IMG/VR virus record: IMGVR_UViG_3300027896_000043
Location: 1 to 60,859 of that record
Source: a virus
Taxonomy: Duplodnaviria > Caudoviricetes
Length of the DNA stretch: 60,859 bases
Strand: one strand, 5' to 3'
Numbering within the stretch: position 1 is the first letter of the stretch; each line of letters opens with the position of its first letter. Positions 56,954-60,859 of this stretch are shown here, in pieces. The notes beneath the pieces are model-generated. The model worked only from the letters and a program-made list of their open reading frames with translations. It ran no database searches and was not told the DNA's origin. The translations under genes were made by a program, and so were the position numbers.

Positions 56954-57481
56954 ATGAATTTACGAACCATAGTCGCACAAATATTAAATGAAGATGCTCC
57001 AATTAATAGCAATCAATCATCGCCTACAGTTTCTCCGAAGCAATATTCAGTTTTAACTGATTTTCAGACATTTGAACGGACAATTGATACCCAAACAGCC
57101 GCCGCAAAAAAACAGCTGGAAACTACTTTGTTAAAAAACGTAGGAAAGAAAAAAGTTGTCGCTCGTGCATCCAAAGGTGGAATGGGGCAAGTTGAACAAG
57201 AGTATACAATTGACGTTAGTGGAGTGGCAATTACATATTTAAAGGACGAATATTATATTGTATTAAAAGGATTGGATGGGAAAGAGTACTACGTAAATCC
57301 GGCATTTCCAGTAAAAATAATTGGCGATTCTACCGCAAGTAACCCGGCACAGCAAATTAGACAACCAAATCAATCAACCACTACGCCAAAAATTAGCATG
57401 GGAAGTAGATCCGTCGGCGGAATAGTTTCTCCGCAAAATATGGGAATTTCTTCCGGTGGACCAAATACTTTATCACGATGA
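56954..57481 (+). CDS. Hypothetical prohead-associated protein
   Basis: MNLRTIVAQILNE|DAP leader, coupled to the protease gene. Confidence 0.6.
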   Translation: MNLRTIVAQILNEDAPINSNQSSPTVSPKQYSVLTDFQTFERTIDTQTAAAKKQLETTLLKNVGKKKVVARASKGGMGQVEQEYTIDVSGVAITYLKDEYYIVLKGLDGKEYYVNPAFPVKIIGDSTASNPAQQIRQPNQSTTTPKISMGSRSVGGIVSPQNMGISSGGPNTLSR

Positions 57482-59211
57482 GCAAACAATTACTTATAGA
57501 TTTTATTCCATTTGAAATTACTCCGGAGCTATTATCCGAAGCTCGCGGCGATCCGAGTAAACCGTTACGGGTAAAGGGTCCACTTCAACGTGCAAATCAA
57601 AAAAATTTCAATGGCCGAATTTACCCACGCCCACTATTGGAACGTGAAGCGAAAAAATATGAAGAACTTGTACGTGAAAGACGAGCTTTAGGTGAATTAG
57701 ATCATCCAGAATGTCATCGTCCCGGTTCATATATACTCACGAACAATGGGTGGAAATTATTAGAATCAGTTACAGTCGGAGAATTGGTTGCAACATTGAA
57801 TCCGGATACTTCGGCGCTCGAATATAATCCAATTGATCGAGTTATTAATCAAGCATATACCGGGAAAATGATTTCTATTCGCGGTAAAAATATAGATTCG
57901 ATGGTAACCCCAAATCATAGATTTATTCTACGAGATCGAAATGGAAAATTAATAGAAAAAACCGCACAAGAAATATTTGAATTATCAAAATCCGGAAAGT
58001 ATTCACATTTGTCGATACCAATTACAGCGGATAGTTGGACCGGAAAATCGATGGAAACATATACAATTCCCGGTATTGATATAAACAACATTTCAAATCA
58101 ATATATCAACAAATCAAACCAATCTAATCCATTGGTATTAAATTCTGCTGCGTGGTTTTCATTTTTGGGATTTTATCTTGCAGAAGGACATGTAACCAAT
58201 CGAAACATTGGTGGCGGATATTCCATTTTTATAACACAGAACGAAGGGCACATCGCTGACATGTTTCGAGATATTCTAAGTAAGATGAGCCCAGAATTGG
58301 AATGGAAGGAAAAAGAAAAATCTGGGACAGACTCAGCAGTAATTTTCTATGCATCCGACGCTCGATTACACACATATTTGGCAGAACTTGGAAATAAATA
58401 TACTAAATATATCCCGGATGATATAAAGTCAGCTTCCTCCGATCTATTACAGTGTTTATATGACTGGTTTGTCAATGGAGACGGTACGGTTGTTGGGAAA
58501 TATGACCGCACATCAATTTTTTCTGTATCCAAACGGTTGATGGAGGATTTCAGTGAAATAGTTCTCAAACTTGGCATGTCATGTGTTTTGAAAGAACAAA
58601 TTTCTGACAAAGACTATATGTTCGCGGGACATCTGATTGAAACAAAAAATAAACACGTATTATATAGACTATGGATAAAGGAATCAAAAGCTATCCATCT
58701 AGATTTCCGCTTTATAAAAATCGAAGAAGTTGATTATTCCGGAACTGTACATTGCGTCACAGTAAAGAATGGAACATTTTATTGCCGAGATCACGATAAA
58801 TGTTTCTGGTCCGGAAATTCTTCCGTGATTAACTTGAAAAATGTTTCCCACAATGTAGTTGATATATCGTGGGAGGGAGACACATTGATGGGGACTCTTG
58901 AAATTTTAACAACTCCATCGGGAAATATTGCAAGAGAATTGATCAAGAACAACGTTCGACTTGGAATTTCTAGTCGAGGACTTGGATCAATCAAAAATGT
59001 CAGCGAAAATGCAGTAGAGGTTCAAGAAGACTTCGATCTTATATGTTTCGATTTGGTTTCTTCTCCGTCAACGAGGGGGGCATATATGAATCTAACCGAA
59101 GGACTCATAAAAGAAGGAATCACTCACAAAACATCAAAGTCCGAGAAATCGTTGGATAAATATTTAAAAATTGAACACATTATTCGGGATATTTTGGGTG
59201 AATTAAAGTAA
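57478..59211 (+). CDS. Prohead core protease (T4 gp21-like) with one intein; about 208 aa after splicing
   Basis: NFNGRIYP, ALGELDHPE|intein|SSVINLKNVSH, TPSGNI, LGISSRGLGS, FDLVSSPSTRGA. Confidence 0.93.
   Translation: MSKQLLIDFIPFEITPELLSEARGDPSKPLRVKGPLQRANQKNFNGRIYPRPLLEREAKKYEELVRERRALGELDHPECHRPGSYILTNNGWKLLESVTVGELVATLNPDTSALEYNPIDRVINQAYTGKMISIRGKNIDSMVTPNHRFILRDRNGKLIEKTAQEIFELSKSGKYSHLSIPITADSWTGKSMETYTIPGIDINNISNQYINKSNQSNPLVLNSAAWFSFLGFYLAEGHVTNRNIGGGYSIFITQNEGHIADMFRDILSKMSPELEWKEKEKSGTDSAVIFYASDARLHTYLAELGNKYTKYIPDDIKSASSDLLQCLYDWFVNGDGTVVGKYDRTSIFSVSKRLMEDFSEIVLKLGMSCVLKEQISDKDYMFAGHLIETKNKHVLYRLWIKESKAIHLDFRFIKIEEVDYSGTVHCVTVKNGTFYCRDHDKCFWSGNSSVINLKNVSHNVVDISWEGDTLMGTLEILTTPSGNIARELIKNNVRLGISSRGLGSIKNVSENAVEVQEDFDLICFDLVSSPSTRGAYMNLTEGLIKEGITHKTSKSEKSLDKYLKIEHIIRDILGELK
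57712..58818 (+). mobile_element. Protease intein (369 aa), LAGLIDADG
   Basis: CHRPGS..VTPNHRF..FLGFYLAEG..WFVNGDG..VHCVTV..FWSGN|S. Confidence 0.9.
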
Positions 59212-59220
59212 TATAGATAT

Positions 59221-60828
59221 ATGAAATCGTCAGTCGAATCTCTCTTAGTAAACGGAAAACTTCCGTCGAAAAGAGGGAGACGTGAATATTTTGTCAATTC
59301 CAACAAAATGGATGTATATGAATTTATTTTGGATGCGACTAAATTTTTAGATTCCAACGCCACATTAACAGAACGAATATATTGCATATGTAATAATATA
59401 ACTTCTAAAGTTGTTTGCATACAATGCAAATCGACAACGCCAAAGTTTTTTTCCATCTCTCTTGGGTACAGACCATTCTGTTCCAGTTTGTGTGCACAAA
59501 CATCCGATCTAACCAAGAAAAAAAGTGAATCCACGAATATGACCAACCGTGGCGTTAGATGGCCACAACAATCATTAGATATCAGAACAAAATCTGCGAA
59601 AACAAATATGGAACGGTATGGAGTTGACAATGTATCAAAATCAAGTGAAATACAACAGAAAAAAATAGATACTTGTTTGGTCAATCACGGAATGGATTAT
59701 ATATTGAGAACCAGTAAATCTTTATGCCAAGTAAAATTTGGAAAAGATAATGTTCAACAAGTTGATTGGATAAAGAAAAAAAGAATACAAACAAATCGGA
59801 ATATATTATTTAGTCGAATTTGTTCATATTCTAAAAAATTCAATGTTTCTCCGGCATTCACGGAATCCGACTGGATTGGCGGCGGCCATTCCAACAAATA
59901 TCCATTCAAATGCAAAAAATGCGAAACAATATTTTTAGATGACGCGTCCGAAGATAGAGGGATTAGATGTCCAACTTGTTATCCACCAAACATATCATTG
60001 GCTGAAAAAAATTTGTTGGAATTTGTCAAATATCTAATTCCGGGTGAAACTGTATTAGAAAATTGTAGATCCGTAATTTCGCCACTGGAATTGGATATCT
60101 ATATCCCGAATAAGAAGATTGCCATTGAATATAATGGATTATATTTTCATTCTGAAATATCCGGGAATAAAGATAAAAATTATCATGTCAAGAAAACTAA
60201 CAAATGTCAAGAAAGGGGAATCAATCTGATTCAGATATTTGAGGATGAATGGTTACAAAAACGGGACATCGTTGAATCTCTATTGAAACAAGCACTATGC
60301 AAACCTAAAATATCATCCGATAATTGTTCAATTGTATCAATTTCATACGATGAAAAATCCAAATTTCTAGATTTGCACCATTTACGCGGAAACGAACCTT
60401 CCGCGTCACATTTTGCTGGAATGTTTCATGATAACAAATTGATCGGGGTAATTACTGCAAAGCAATCCGGAGATTGTTCCGAAATAACTAGGATATGTTT
60501 TACTGAAAATATTTCAGGTGGATCGGCCGCGCTGATACAATTCGTACAATCCGAATTAGTCACAAAATCAATTATAATATCCGTGGATCGTAATTGGATG
60601 AATATTGTGAATTGTACAGTTCATGGATTCACTCAATCTAAAATTACCGATCCGGATTATTTGTATGTGAATTCGCATTCAGCTAAGAGATTTGCATATG
60701 AGAATCTAGAAAATTCACTTGAAACTATCAAGATTGATTCCACATTATCTGAATGGGAAAACATGAAATCGAATGGTTTCGATAGAATTTGGGATTGTGG
60801 CCAAACAATTTTCGCCAAACAAACATAA
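59221..60828 (+). CDS. Free-standing homing endonuclease-like protein (Zn ribbons, PD-(D/E)XK/Vsr-like domain, Hef-like C-terminus)
   Basis: CIQC..FCSSLC, KTNMERYGVDN, CKKC..CPTC, ELDIYIPNKKIAIEYNGLYFH, IQIFEDEW, FLDLHHLRG, RIWDCG. Confidence 0.8.
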   Translation: MKSSVESLLVNGKLPSKRGRREYFVNSNKMDVYEFILDATKFLDSNATLTERIYCICNNITSKVVCIQCKSTTPKFFSISLGYRPFCSSLCAQTSDLTKKKSESTNMTNRGVRWPQQSLDIRTKSAKTNMERYGVDNVSKSSEIQQKKIDTCLVNHGMDYILRTSKSLCQVKFGKDNVQQVDWIKKKRIQTNRNILFSRICSYSKKFNVSPAFTESDWIGGGHSNKYPFKCKKCETIFLDDASEDRGIRCPTCYPPNISLAEKNLLEFVKYLIPGETVLENCRSVISPLELDIYIPNKKIAIEYNGLYFHSEISGNKDKNYHVKKTNKCQERGINLIQIFEDEWLQKRDIVESLLKQALCKPKISSDNCSIVSISYDEKSKFLDLHHLRGNEPSASHFAGMFHDNKLIGVITAKQSGDCSEITRICFTENISGGSAALIQFVQSELVTKSIIISVDRNWMNIVNCTVHGFTQSKITDPDYLYVNSHSAKRFAYENLENSLETIKIDSTLSEWENMKSNGFDRIWDCGQTIFAKQT

Positions 60829-60847
60829 CAACTACATATTTATAATC

Positions 60848-60859
60848 ATGCCAGCAAAA
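60848..60859 (+). CDS. Start of next late gene (MPAK..., truncated by window)
   Basis: ATG 4 nt after TATTTAT at 60837. Confidence 0.4.

Noticed and set aside
927-59684. The many minus-strand and nested ORFs in the track (e.g. 927..1322, 15198..15623, 33887..34426, 54237..54779, 59124..59684)
   Set aside because: They are antisense or off-frame shadows of well-supported + strand genes and lack motifs. Only 5234..5542 has independent support.

Overview
A 60.9 kb, AT-rich, almost entirely + strand segment of a large contractile-tailed dsDNA phage distantly related to T4-like viruses. No rRNA, tRNA or CRISPR array was recognised. In order it carries: a partial LRR protein; an 811-aa three-domain putative head polyprotein; small early genes; phoH; a Pro/Thr-rich PA14 protein followed by four glycosyltransferase-like genes; an HD hydrolase; hsp20 and dnaK; peptide deformylase; a gp55-like late sigma factor; a baseplate/tail module; RuvC; primase; an SbcD-SbcC fusion; and the packaging/head module (terminase, portal, prohead protease, free-standing endonuclease). 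The head module holds seven inteins. One is a naturally split intein with a very short 33-aa N-part and a 114-aa C-part, which must rejoin the fractured terminase at Walker B by trans-splicing. The gap between the halves holds a decayed endonuclease remnant and an IS200/IS605-type end hairpin. Other signals: a sense-strand TATTTAT late-promoter motif often only 4-7 nt from the start codon, a sigma54-like promoter with tandem palindromes upstream of hsp20-dnaK, a possible virion O-glycosylation cassette, and apparent avoidance of CCWGG. Family assignments come from motif recognition by eye, not database searches.
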